This document shows positions 1 to 9,419 of a DNA stretch of 64,000 nt, one piece after another. The notes beneath the pieces are model-generated. The model was given only the letters and a program-made list of their open reading frames with translations, was not told where the DNA came from and made no database searches. Each line of letters starts with the position of its first letter. Position 1 is the first letter of the stretch. The DNA is from an uncultured Bacilli bacterium. GTDB lineage: Bacteria; Bacillota_I; Bacilli_A; RF39; UBA660. A program made the position numbers and the translations under genes. The stretch spans positions 68,631-132,630 of the forward strand of contig CALVOV010000001.1 in the NCBI GenBank assembly GCA_944350385.1, in the 5' to 3' direction.

Positions 1-17
1 AAAGTTAGGAGGATAGT

Positions 18-1166
18 ATGAAAAAAATTTTGTTTTTATTAGTTGCTTTAGGGTTTTTTATATTTCCAATGACTGTTTTTGGGGAAGAGTTAATACCCAA
101 TGCTACTAGTGGTATATTGATAGAAGCGGATAGTGGAAAAATTATATTTGAAAAAGACATGAATAAGGAAGTAGCAATTGCTTCAATGACAAAAATGGTT
201 GCTCAAATTATTATTTTGGAAGAAATTGAAAAGGGTAATATTAAGTGGACTGATAAAGTTAAAGTAAGTAAAAATGCTGCTGATATGGGTGGTTCACAGA
301 TATATTTATCTGAAGGTGAAGTAATTACAATAGATGATTTAATGAAAGGAATAAGTGTTGCTAGTGGAAATGATGCTACTGTTGCTATGGCTGAGGTGAT
401 AGCTGGTAGTGAAGAAAAATTTGTTAAAATGATGAATGATAAAGTAAAAGAATTAGGGCTTAAAAATACTCAATTTAAAAATTGTACAGGATTGGATGAA
501 GAGGGTCATTATTCTTCAGCATATGATCAAGCTATGATAGCTAGATATTTAGTAACGAAACATCCTAAAGTTTTAGAATATTCTTCTATATATGAAGATT
601 ATTTACGTGAAGATACTGAAAATAAATTTTGGTTAGTAAATACTAATAAATTAATTCGTTTTTATGAGGGTGCTGATGGTTTAAAAACTGGTCATACTGA
701 CGCAGCCAAATATTGTTTAGCTGCTACTGCAAAACGTAATGACTTAAGACTTATAGCAATTGTCTTAGGAGAAAATGATAGTAAAGTTAGAAATAGTGAG
801 ACAATGAGTCTTTTGGATTATGGTTTTAATAATTTAAAAGTAGATGTATTAAAAAATAGTGGAGAGGTAGTTAAAAAAATAAAATTAGACAAAGCAGATA
901 GAGAAATAGTACCAATAGTTTTAAAAGATAATTTATATGTTATAGAGGAACAATCGAGCAATAAGAATAAATATGATTATAAGGTTGTTATAGATGAATT
1001 TGAATTACCTATAAAGAAGGGAGATTCAGTAGGAAAAATTAAAGCTTATAGTAATAATAAGGTAATTGCGGAAGCTAATTTAACTGTTTTATATGATATT
1101 AAAAGGATAAGTTTTTTATCACTTTATAAAAAGACTTTACTTGATTTAATTACTGGTGTTTATTAG
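18..1166 (+). CDS. Serine-type D-Ala-D-Ala carboxypeptidase (PBP5/DacB/DacF-like)
   Basis: N-terminal signal peptide. SxxK (SMTK), SxN (SGND) and KTG (KTGHT) penicillin-binding motifs occur in canonical order. aggagga RBS at 6-12. Confidence 0.9.
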   Translation: MKKILFLLVALGFFIFPMTVFGEELIPNATSGILIEADSGKIIFEKDMNKEVAIASMTKMVAQIIILEEIEKGNIKWTDKVKVSKNAADMGGSQIYLSEGEVITIDDLMKGISVASGNDATVAMAEVIAGSEEKFVKMMNDKVKELGLKNTQFKNCTGLDEEGHYSSAYDQAMIARYLVTKHPKVLEYSSIYEDYLREDTENKFWLVNTNKLIRFYEGADGLKTGHTDAAKYCLAATAKRNDLRLIAIVLGENDSKVRNSETMSLLDYGFNNLKVDVLKNSGEVVKKIKLDKADREIVPIVLKDNLYVIEEQSSNKNKYDYKVVIDEFELPIKKGDSVGKIKAYSNNKVIAEANLTVLYDIKRISFLSLYKKTLLDLITGVY

Positions 1167-1206
1167 TGAAAGCTTATATGTTATAATCGCTTTAGGAGGA
1201 TTAAAT

Positions 1207-1575
1207 ATGAAATTTTATAAGTGCCCTATTTGTGGAAATATAATTACAATAGTTGAAGGAGATGTTCAAAGAGTTAGATGCTGTGGTAAAGAATTAGAAG
1301 AATTAATTCCTAATACTATTGATGCAGCTTTCGAAAAACATGTTCCTGTTTATACTATAGAAGACAATAAGATAAAAGTTGTAGTTGGCGATGTAGAACA
1401 TCCAATGATTGATGAACATTATATTATGTTTATTGCACAAGTATATAAAGATAATATAAATATAGTAAAATTACATCCAGGAGAAAGACCAGTAGCAACA
1501 TTCGACTATATTTCAGATTCTAAAATTTATGCCTATTGTAATCTACATGGTTTATGGTTAACAGAAGTTAAATAA
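1207..1575 (+). CDS. dfx: Desulfoferrodoxin (2Fe superoxide reductase)
   Basis: Desulforedoxin-type CxxC...CC (CPICG...RCCG) followed by neelaredoxin-type ligand strings (EHPM, EHYI, CNLHG). The track ORF starts at 1156, but ATG 1207 follows an aggagga RBS and gives the usual ~122 aa. Confidence 0.85.
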   Translation: MKFYKCPICGNIITIVEGDVQRVRCCGKELEELIPNTIDAAFEKHVPVYTIEDNKIKVVVGDVEHPMIDEHYIMFIAQVYKDNINIVKLHPGERPVATFDYISDSKIYAYCNLHGLWLTEVK

Positions 1576-1580
1576 TAATT

Positions 1581-1615
1581 AAGTATCATTTATAGTAAAA
1601 TGATACTTTTTATTT
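1581..1615 (+). terminator. Rho-independent terminator after dfx
   Basis: 9-10 bp stem (agtatcatt / aatgatact), 8-nt loop, then a T-run. Confidence 0.7.
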
Positions 1616-1676
1616 TAAAATAATTTACTTTTTTTATTTAAAATGATACTCTTATTGTAGAGTAGGAGAATATGCT

Positions 1677-2237
1677 ATGAAATGTAATGTATGTGGTAAC
1701 ACTCTACAAGAAGATGATAAATATTGTCCTAATTGTGGGAATAATATTAATAATCAGAAAATAGAGACTATTTTAGATAATGAAAAAAAGCCTAATATAT
1801 TTAAGATGATTTTTAGTATTATTCTTATTTTGTTCATAATTATCAGTATTTATTATTTAATTGTTAATTTAAATGATAATTTAACTGTTGTTGGGGATTG
1901 GAAGTGTGCTGATTACACTTCTCAAGTTACTTTAAGTGATGATAATGACTACTATTTTAATTTATCTTTTTTGGAAGATGGAACATTTAATCAGAAAATT
2001 ATTGATTCTCCTGATTATGTTAGAGGAATATATAATGAGTCTATGAGTGATAAAATGGTCCGAGGAGTTAGAGGATATTTGAATGTATATATCACTAGTA
2101 ATTCTTCTTTTAAAGATGGTATCTTAAGTAATAGTAATGAAACTACTCGTTATGAATTTGGAATATTAACAGACGATGAATATGCTTTAGTTATTAATAC
2201 AAAAAACTATAATGCATATCTTTGTAAAAGAAATTGA
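1677..2237 (+). CDS. Zinc-ribbon / single-TM protein with small two-Cys extracytoplasmic domain
   Basis: N-terminal CxxC-x11-CxxC (CNVCG...CPNCG), one hydrophobic helix (IFKMIFSIILILFIIISIYYLIV), and a C-terminal ~115-aa domain starting GDWKC and ending YLC. Confidence 0.6.
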   Translation: MKCNVCGNTLQEDDKYCPNCGNNINNQKIETILDNEKKPNIFKMIFSIILILFIIISIYYLIVNLNDNLTVVGDWKCADYTSQVTLSDDNDYYFNLSFLEDGTFNQKIIDSPDYVRGIYNESMSDKMVRGVRGYLNVYITSNSSFKDGILSNSNETTRYEFGILTDDEYALVINTKNYNAYLCKRN

Positions 2238-2248
2238 AGGTGATTGGC

Positions 2249-3202
2249 ATGTTTTGTAAGAAGTGTGGTGCTAAATTAAAAGATACTGATAAGATTTGTT
2301 TAAATTGTGGTTCATTAGTTTCTGAAACTGTTAATGATTTATATGCTGATATTAATAAAGATGAAGATGATGATATTGATCAATTTAGTGATGACTCTGA
2401 TAGTGATACTGAATATAATGCTGAATTGGAGGATTTATTAAATTCTTATAAAAAAGAAGATGGACCTGATTATAGTGCTTTTAAAAGTAATGAAAATTCA
2501 AAAGAAAAAAATAAGTCAAATAATTTTAATAAGGATAAATCAGACATGCAAGAATATACTATAGATGATTTAATATCTATAAAAGATGATGATTCTTATA
2601 ATAAAGATTATACTGATTTTACTATTGTTGATGATAATGAAAAGAAAAAGCGTAAATTTAATTTTAATAATATAAGTATAATTCCATTTAAAATTATTTT
2701 TGCAATTGGCATTATTGTTATGGTGATTATGCTAGGAATATTGGGTTATAAATATTATAAGAGTAATGATGGCGAAGAGTTAGAGTATGAGATTGATAGA
2801 GATAATCCTGTCGTTCCTAGTAAGTATAGTTTAAAAACTAATCCTAATTATATAAATGGTAAAACTTGGGTTTGTGGCTCATCAAAAGAAGATGGCAGTC
2901 TTAGTGATGATATTGATACTTATTTTCAATATGATTTTAATAAAAATAATACGTATGCTATGCAGTATTTAAATAAGAAAGAATCTTACGAAAATGGTAC
3001 GTTTAGTGTTTCCTTGGATGATATTTCAAATAATATGTATACTTATAAATTAACTATGGTTGCTAATTTAGAGGGTGGTTATAAAACTCGATATACTTTT
3101 ACACTAGTAACAAATAAGGAAGGAACAAAAGGAACATATAGATTAAATAGTAGTGTGTATAGTTGTGAAGAAATGGAGTATTTTAATAATAAAAATAGGT
3201 AG
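2249..3202 (+). CDS. Zinc-ribbon / single-TM protein, paralogue of the preceding gene with an acidic linker
   Basis: MFCKKCG...CLNCG zinc ribbon, Asp/Glu/Lys-rich linker, TM helix, and a C-terminal domain (GKTWVC...TRYTF...YSC) alignable by eye with the 1677 product. ATG 2249 is preferred over TTG 2234 because of a gaaggtga RBS. Confidence 0.6.
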   Translation: MFCKKCGAKLKDTDKICLNCGSLVSETVNDLYADINKDEDDDIDQFSDDSDSDTEYNAELEDLLNSYKKEDGPDYSAFKSNENSKEKNKSNNFNKDKSDMQEYTIDDLISIKDDDSYNKDYTDFTIVDDNEKKKRKFNFNNISIIPFKIIFAIGIIVMVIMLGILGYKYYKSNDGEELEYEIDRDNPVVPSKYSLKTNPNYINGKTWVCGSSKEDGSLSDDIDTYFQYDFNKNNTYAMQYLNKKESYENGTFSVSLDDISNNMYTYKLTMVANLEGGYKTRYTFTLVTNKEGTKGTYRLNSSVYSCEEMEYFNNKNR

Positions 3203-3210
3203 GTATATGA

Positions 3211-3939
3211 ATGATTAAGATTAAAAATGTTAGCAAAACTTATAATGGTAGAATTAAAGCTATAGATAATTTAAATTTAGATATAAATTCTGGTGAGATA
3301 GTTGGTTTTATTGGTTTAAATGGTGCAGGAAAAACTACTTTGATAAAATTGATGACTGGCGTTTTAAAACCAGATAAGGGTACTATTACAATCAATAATT
3401 TAGATATTGAAGAAGATAGTATTGAAGCTAAAAAAATAATAGGTTATATATCTGATAATCCCAATATGTTTTTAAGACTTACTGGTTTTGAATATATAAA
3501 TTTTATTGCTGATGTGTATGATGTTCCAGTAAAATCAAGAAAAAAGAAAATTTATGAATTAGCTGATAAATTTCATTTATTAGACCAATTAGATAAACCA
3601 ATGCAAAGCTATTCACATGGTACTAGACAAAAAATGATGGTAATTGCTACTTTAGTTCATGATCCTAAAGTTTGGATTCTAGATGAGCCATTGATTGGAC
3701 TAGATCCAAAGAGTGCTTTAATATTAAAGAATATGATGATTGAACATGCTCACTCCGGTAATATAGTGTTTTTTTCCACACATGTTTTGGAAGTTGCTGA
3801 AAAATTATGTGATAAGGTTGCTATTATAAATAAGGGTAAAATAGTTTTTTATGGAACTTTAGAAGAACTAAAAAGCAAATATGATCAGAAGGATGATTTA
3901 GAAAAATTATTTTTGGAGGTTATTGATGAATCAATATAA
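3211..3939 (+). CDS. ABC transporter ATP-binding protein
   Basis: Walker A GLNGAGKTT, signature-like YSHGTRQK, Walker B VWILDEP, H-loop FSTHV. Confidence 0.9.
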   Translation: MIKIKNVSKTYNGRIKAIDNLNLDINSGEIVGFIGLNGAGKTTLIKLMTGVLKPDKGTITINNLDIEEDSIEAKKIIGYISDNPNMFLRLTGFEYINFIADVYDVPVKSRKKKIYELADKFHLLDQLDKPMQSYSHGTRQKMMVIATLVHDPKVWILDEPLIGLDPKSALILKNMMIEHAHSGNIVFFSTHVLEVAEKLCDKVAIINKGKIVFYGTLEELKSKYDQKDDLEKLFLEVIDESI

Positions 3940-5575
3940 TTCTTTAACAAAAGTATTTATAAAATCTTTAGGTATGAGTGAAATTCATGATAAAAGAAAA
4001 AAAATATTTTTTAATATATTATTGTCTTTAGTATTGTTTTTTATCTTTATACCTTTTGTTTTTTTATGTGGACTTTTTGTTAAAGAGTTAACTACAGTAT
4101 TTGAAAGTGCTGGATTAGGTATTTTATGTTTGAAATTTGTTTGTGGTCTTATTTGTGTATTTACGTTCTTTTTTAATTTTCAAGTTATACTAAGTCAGTT
4201 TTATTTTAATGAAGATTTAGAAAACATTTTATCTTTACCAATTAAGTCTGAAATTATTTTAGCGGCTAGATTTACAGCTTGCTTTATAGCAGAGAATATT
4301 ATGCAATTTTTATTGATATTTGCAAGTGTAGTTGGTTTTTCTATAGCAGTAAATTTAAATATGTTTAATGTTTTATTGAGTCTTATTGGTATTATAACGT
4401 TACCTATAATACCTATGCTTTATTGTGCTATTATAAGTATGTTAATAATGAACTTTACTAAGTTAATAAAAAATAAAGAGATAGTCAGAAAAATTTCTAT
4501 TTTTTTTGTATTATTATTATTACTATTATTTGCATTTTCTATGAGTAAGTTACAAGCTTTTGATATTAACCCTTTCATTTTTATTAAGGATAATGAAAAT
4601 TTCTTTAAAATAATTAATATTGTTTTTCCACATATTAATTTATTTATAGATGTTTTAGTTAATAAATCTTTAATTAGTTTTTTGTTATATTTTATTCTTC
4701 AGTTTGCTTTTATAGGACTATTCTTAATTATAGGTAATTTACTTTATTTAGATAGTGTTTATAGCTTAAATAGTAAAAATAATACTAGTAAAAAAAATAT
4801 TAGTAAATTAATTAATTCTATGAAACAAAATTCTATATTTAAATCGTATATAATTAAAGAATTTAAGCTTTTATTTCGTAGCCCTGTATTCTTTATAAAT
4901 TGTATTTTTGTTAATTTTGTATGGCCATTCTTTATATATATTGTATATAAAATTTGCTTTTCTAATATGACTTTAGATATTTTAAGAAGTAAAGTAAATG
5001 ATTCTTCTTTTATAACGTTAATTTTATTATTTGTATTTGGAGTTTCAATATTACTTCCTGCACTAAATTCTATTGCTTCTTCTTCATTTTCAAGGGAAGG
5101 TGCAAACTTTAGTTTTATGAAATCTATTCCTGTAAATTATGAGGAGCAAGCATTTATTAAAGTTTTAGTTAGTTTTATTATAACTTTTGTTGGTGTTAAT
5201 ATTTTTACTATCCCATTTTATTTAATTTTAGGTTTAGATTTTTTAGTAATATTAGAATTAGTAATTGTAAGTGTTTTAGTAATTTTACTAATGTCATATT
5301 TTGGAGTTTTTGTTGATTCAATACAACCAAAATTAATTTGGGAAGATGAAGCTAATTCTTTAAGAGAAAATTATAATACATTTATTGTTATGGGATTTGC
5401 TTTACTACTATTTATAGTTTTTGGTGGAATTATTTATTATCTATATCATTTAGGAGTATCTTTTAATTTAATTTTAAGTGTGATTTTATCATTATTTACT
5501 TTATTTAATATTATAATGATTTTCATTAGTAAAAAGTATGTTAATAGTAATTTGATTGAGCAAGAAGAATTTTAA
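3926..5575 (+). CDS. Putative ABC transporter permease (polytopic membrane protein)
   Basis: ~550 aa with more than 10 hydrophobic segments. Overlaps the ATPase gene by 14 nt. ggagg RBS 6 nt before ATG 3926. Confidence 0.6.
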   Translation: MNQYNSLTKVFIKSLGMSEIHDKRKKIFFNILLSLVLFFIFIPFVFLCGLFVKELTTVFESAGLGILCLKFVCGLICVFTFFFNFQVILSQFYFNEDLENILSLPIKSEIILAARFTACFIAENIMQFLLIFASVVGFSIAVNLNMFNVLLSLIGIITLPIIPMLYCAIISMLIMNFTKLIKNKEIVRKISIFFVLLLLLLFAFSMSKLQAFDINPFIFIKDNENFFKIINIVFPHINLFIDVLVNKSLISFLLYFILQFAFIGLFLIIGNLLYLDSVYSLNSKNNTSKKNISKLINSMKQNSIFKSYIIKEFKLLFRSPVFFINCIFVNFVWPFFIYIVYKICFSNMTLDILRSKVNDSSFITLILLFVFGVSILLPALNSIASSSFSREGANFSFMKSIPVNYEEQAFIKVLVSFIITFVGVNIFTIPFYLILGLDFLVILELVIVSVLVILLMSYFGVFVDSIQPKLIWEDEANSLRENYNTFIVMGFALLLFIVFGGIIYYLYHLGVSFNLILSVILSLFTLFNIIMIFISKKYVNSNLIEQEEF

Positions 5576-5609
5576 TGTTATAATTAAATTATAATTAGGA
5601 GGGGTAATT

Positions 5610-6422
5610 ATGTTTGAAGAAGTATTTGATGAAGAAAAAGATGATTTCAGTACTATTGCCACAGATAATAGTTCATATTTTAATCAAAAAATAATTGATC
5701 GTGGAGAAGAGTGTTATTATTCTGGTGGCGTTACTAACGTTACTAGATTGGGAAATATTTTTGTTGCTGATGTAGTAGGTAGTGATGATTATACAGTTAG
5801 GGTTAGTATTTCAGATGATGAAATACTAATGAGTTGTGATTGTCCTTATGAAGATAATTGTAAGCACGAATATGCTACTCTATTAGCAATTCAAAATGCT
5901 GAATATAATGAAAAAGAATTAAAAGACTTTGTACCTGAGAATAAGTTGAAATTAGATGAATTAATCAGGAAAATTCCTGCTGAAGCTTTAAAAAAATATA
6001 TTTTATCTGATCATGGATTAGCTTCTATTTCTTTTGATATGAATGATTTGGAAAAGACTTTTGCAGAGTATGTTCCGAAACAGGAATATAATTATTATTA
6101 TAATAATTTATATAATAGTTATTTATTGAGAGATGACTTTCTAAATTTATATTATTCTTACTTTGATGAGATAAAAAAATTTATTGATACTAATGATTAT
6201 GAACAAGGATTTAATATTATTAAAGCTGTCATAGAAGTTACTCATGATTTAGATATTGATATTATTTCTGATTATCCTGAACTTGGTATGTATCTAAGAA
6301 TTTGTTATAGAAAAGCTTCAAAAGAGGTAAAGAAAATTATAGAAAAATATATTATGTCTTTAATATTTAATCAATATTATAATAATTGTTATCTAGAGGA
6401 CATGATTGTTCATATTAATTAA
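5610..6422 (+). CDS. SWIM zinc-finger domain protein
   Basis: CxCx(n)CxH signature CDCPYEDNCKHEYA following a beta-rich N-terminal segment. aggagg RBS upstream. Confidence 0.6.
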   Translation: MFEEVFDEEKDDFSTIATDNSSYFNQKIIDRGEECYYSGGVTNVTRLGNIFVADVVGSDDYTVRVSISDDEILMSCDCPYEDNCKHEYATLLAIQNAEYNEKELKDFVPENKLKLDELIRKIPAEALKKYILSDHGLASISFDMNDLEKTFAEYVPKQEYNYYYNNLYNSYLLRDDFLNLYYSYFDEIKKFIDTNDYEQGFNIIKAVIEVTHDLDIDIISDYPELGMYLRICYRKASKEVKKIIEKYIMSLIFNQYYNNCYLEDMIVHIN

Positions 6423-6520
6423 GTGTAAACTTTAGTAAACCTTTACTATTTGTTTACTTTGTAATATAATTACTTATTGTATTTATCATAATTAAAAGAA
6501 AATTAAAATATTTTCTTTTT

Positions 6521-6549
6521 TTGTATTTCATATGAGTGCATGATATAAT
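6521..6549 (+). promoter_or_regulatory. Sigma-A-type promoter with extended -10
   Basis: TTGTAT, 17-nt spacer, TGaTATAAT, ending 27 nt upstream of ATG 6576. Confidence 0.5.
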
Positions 6550-6575
6550 TTCTATAGTAGTGAAAGAGGGATAGT

Positions 6576-8429
6576 ATGGCTAAGAAGAAACAAATCAAAA
6601 AAACAAAGAGAAATGTTGAATTAGAAAAAAAAGTGGATTCTTTGGTTGATGAAATAGAGCGTACTAATAACTTTAAATTAGAAGAATTAACTAATGATGA
6701 TTCTTATATTAAAAATGAAGCGAAGAAAAATAAAAATAGTAAAGAAAATATTGAAAATGACAATTTCAAAGAGTATAAAGAAAAAGAAACTGATTTTTTA
6801 GATAATGAAAAAGAATTAGAAAATACAGAAAAATCAGAAGAAGAGAAAGATACCAATGTTGATTCAAATGATATCAATGAAGATTTTTTAGATAATGAAA
6901 AAGAATCAGAAGATATAGAAAAATCAGAGGAAGAAAAAGATACCAATGTTGATTCAAGTGATATTGATGAAGATTTCTTAGATAATGAAAAAGAATCAGA
7001 AGATATAGAAAAATCAGAAGAAGAAAAAGATATCAATGTTGATTCAAATGATACTGATGAAGATTTTTTGGATAATGAAAAAGAATCAGAAGATATAGAA
7101 AAATCAGAAGAAGAAAAAGATATTGATTTTGATTCAAGTGATACTGATGAAGATTTTTTAGATAATGATAAAGAATCAGAAGATATAGAAAAATCAGAGG
7201 AAGAGAAAGATGTCAATGTTGATTTGAATGATGCGGATAAAGATTTATCATCTAATAATGTATTTAAAGATGAGTTAGAAGATACTTCTAAAGAAAAATC
7301 TAAATTAGACAAGATTGATGAAGAGTTAGAAGAAAGTGGCTTTTTAGATGATAATAAAGATATTTTTAGTGATTTAGAAGATTCTAATAATACAGATGAT
7401 TTTGTAGATATTTTCGCAAATTCAAAGCCAATCGGACTAGATGATACCGAAGATGAAAAAGTGCAAAAAGAACTATCTGATAAGTATAAGATTTCTACTC
7501 AAAGGAATATAGAATATAAAGAAAAATATTCTGATTTAAATAAGACGAATTCTTATGATTTTAGTTTTGATGATGATAGATTGGATGAATTAGAAAGTCT
7601 TGATACTAGTTTTTTAGAAGGAAGAATTAATTTTTCGGAAAAAAAGAAAATCAAGAAGAATAGTAGATCTAAAATTAAAGAGGCTAGGAAATTAATTACT
7701 ACTATGCGTAGAAAGAGAATTTTAATTTTCTTAATAGTAATTTGTACTTTTACATTTGTAGTTGGAATTGCTTCTATTATTCAGGTTAATAATATTAAGT
7801 TAGAAAAAGCTAAAGAAGAATTGGAAAAACAAGAAAAGGAAAAAGAGCAAATAGAAAATGAATTGAACCAAGTTATTGATGAAAATTATTTATTTGTAGG
7901 GGATAATCTTACTGAAGATTTTATGGTAGATGATTATTTTGATAATCAACCTGTTGTTAATAGTAGTAAAGATGAATATACTACAAAAGATCTTTATGAT
8001 AATTTGTATGATATGGTTTTTAGATATAATCCTTCTAAGATATTTATTCAAATAGGCACTTATGATTATACTTTAGATGATGGAAATAATAGTATAGAGG
8101 AAAACATTCCTAAAATTATTAAATCTATTAAAGAAAATAGACCTTATGCAAAAATATATATTGAATCATTATATCCAATTAATGATAATGATGATGAGGA
8201 AAAGATTGATTTAGATATGGTTGATGAAAGAAATAATGAGGATATTGAAAAGATTAATGATGTAATCGAAGAGATTTGTAAAAAAAATAAGGTCAATTAT
8301 ATTGATCTGTATTCAAAATTATATAATGAAGATGATAATGGTTTAGATTTAGATTTTACAACAGATGGCTTTTATATTTCAGATAAGGGTTATGAAGTTA
8401 TAAAAGAAGAAATAGAAAAATATTTATAG
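6576..8429 (+). CDS. Acidic tandem-repeat membrane protein with C-terminal SGNH/GDSL-fold domain lacking catalytic residues
   Basis: Lys-rich N-terminus, five 30-aa DFLDNEKESEDIEKSEEEKD... repeats, a TM helix (ILIFLIVICTFTFVVGIASII), a coiled-coil segment, then SGNH-like blocks reading FVGDNL, IQIGTYD and TTDGFYISDKGY. Confidence 0.7.
   Translation: MAKKKQIKKTKRNVELEKKVDSLVDEIERTNNFKLEELTNDDSYIKNEAKKNKNSKENIENDNFKEYKEKETDFLDNEKELENTEKSEEEKDTNVDSNDINEDFLDNEKESEDIEKSEEEKDTNVDSSDIDEDFLDNEKESEDIEKSEEEKDINVDSNDTDEDFLDNEKESEDIEKSEEEKDIDFDSSDTDEDFLDNDKESEDIEKSEEEKDVNVDLNDADKDLSSNNVFKDELEDTSKEKSKLDKIDEELEESGFLDDNKDIFSDLEDSNNTDDFVDIFANSKPIGLDDTEDEKVQKELSDKYKISTQRNIEYKEKYSDLNKTNSYDFSFDDDRLDELESLDTSFLEGRINFSEKKKIKKNSRSKIKEARKLITTMRRKRILIFLIVICTFTFVVGIASIIQVNNIKLEKAKEELEKQEKEKEQIENELNQVIDENYLFVGDNLTEDFMVDDYFDNQPVVNSSKDEYTTKDLYDNLYDMVFRYNPSKIFIQIGTYDYTLDDGNNSIEENIPKIIKSIKENRPYAKIYIESLYPINDNDDEEKIDLDMVDERNNEDIEKINDVIEEICKKNKVNYIDLYSKLYNEDDNGLDLDFTTDGFYISDKGYEVIKEEIEKYL
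6792..7241 (+). repeat. Five in-frame 90-bp tandem repeats
   Basis: Units start at 6792, 6882, 6972, 7062 and 7152, each beginning gat ttt tta/ttg gat aat ga. Identity between copies is high. Confidence 0.95.
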
Positions 8430-8440
8430 GTAGTGATGGT

Positions 8441-9025
8441 ATGAGAGATAAGGAATTTTGGAAATATAATAAAAAAAAGATACTTTTATGTATTGTATTC
8501 ACATTCCTTATTTTTTTTTATTGTAGTTTTGTTATTTTTAACTATATGAGAGTAAAAAAATATGATGATACTGTTTTACCGAATTCTTATTTGCAAGATT
8601 ATGCAATAGGGGACTATTCATATTTTACTCTAAATGAATTTATTAATTTTATAAATGGTATTGTAGATGATCAGAAGGTTACCTTTTTAATTAATGGACA
8701 AGAAGTCAGTTATAAATATTCAGAAGTAGGCTTATACTTAAACACTAATAAAATTATTAAGAATATTGAAATATTTCAAAATGAATTAAGTTATACTGAT
8801 AAAATTCAAATTCTATATGATAATGATAAAATTATGTATTCTTATCAGTTTACTTATAATAGTGAGAAATTAATAAGATTTTTAAATAATTTAAAAATTG
8901 AAATAGAAAATTCTAATGATTCTTTTTCATTAGATGTTGATAAATCTTTTGATGTTATTGTAAAATCGCTAGATACTAATATTGTTGGTAAAAAAGTTGA
9001 GTTAATTGGAAATGTTTATAAATAA
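8441..9025 (+). CDS. Hypothetical N-terminally anchored membrane protein
   Basis: 194-aa ORF with one TM helix (ILLCIVFTFLIFFYCSFVIF). No motif recognised. Confidence 0.5.
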   Translation: MRDKEFWKYNKKKILLCIVFTFLIFFYCSFVIFNYMRVKKYDDTVLPNSYLQDYAIGDYSYFTLNEFINFINGIVDDQKVTFLINGQEVSYKYSEVGLYLNTNKIIKNIEIFQNELSYTDKIQILYDNDKIMYSYQFTYNSEKLIRFLNNLKIEIENSNDSFSLDVDKSFDVIVKSLDTNIVGKKVELIGNVYK

Positions 9026-9083
9026 TTTATAAAATGTGCATATTTAAATATTTTCTTCATATTATTTAATTGTAATAGAAAGG

Positions 9084-9353
9084 ATGATATTTATAGAAAC
9101 ATTAAAAGTAAGCAGTAAATCAAATCCTAATAGTGTGGCAGGAGCTTTAGCTAATGTCTTTAGAGAAAAGGGAACTGTAGAAGTACAAGCTGTAGGTGCA
9201 GGAGCGTTGAATCAAGCAATTAAAGCAATAGCGATAGCTAGAGGATTTGTTGCTCCATCTGGAAAAAATTTAGTTTGTATACCTGCTTTTTCTGATATTT
9301 CCATTGATGGAGAAGAGCGTACTGCAATAAAATTAATAATCGAAGCCAAATAG
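9084..9353 (+). CDS. spoVS: Stage V sporulation protein S
   Basis: Near full-length match from memory to B. subtilis SpoVS (LKVS.KS.PNSVAGALA...GAGALNQAIKAIAIARGFVAPSG..L.CIPAF.DI.IDGEERTAIKLI). Confidence 0.9.
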   Translation: MIFIETLKVSSKSNPNSVAGALANVFREKGTVEVQAVGAGALNQAIKAIAIARGFVAPSGKNLVCIPAFSDISIDGEERTAIKLIIEAK

Positions 9354-9362
9354 GCTTTTTTT
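9343..9362 (+). terminator. Weak rho-independent terminator after spoVS
   Basis: 5-bp stem aagcc/ggctt with a T-run. Confidence 0.4.
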
Positions 9363-9419
9363 CTTGCTTGTTTATTCGTAATTATATGTTAAAATAAATA
9401 TAATAAAGGTGGGAAAAAT

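Noticed and set aside
1156-1206. N-terminal extension of the dfx ORF in the track
   Set aside because: It overlaps the end of the dac gene and an extended -10 element. ATG 1207 has an aggagga RBS and gives the canonical desulfoferrodoxin start MKFYKCPICG.
6704-7312. 202-aa Ser-rich ORF on the minus strand
   Set aside because: It is the antisense reading of the 90-bp acidic tandem repeats (GAA/GAT-rich sense gives TTC/ATC/TCT-rich antisense). It has no RBS and is entirely contained in a well-supported plus-strand gene.
8468-8519. A8 and T9 homopolymers near the 5' end of the 8441-9025 gene as phase-variation switches
   Set aside because: Such runs are frequent in this extremely AT-rich sequence (Lys AAA and Phe TTT codons). 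Without population data there is no evidence of switching.
9084-9098. Alternative non-canonical ATA start for spoVS giving M-ETLKVS like B. subtilis MEILKVS
   Set aside because: The ATG at 9084 abuts the RBS, so the idea is tempting. But ATA initiation is rare and cannot be supported from sequence alone, so I kept ATG 9084.
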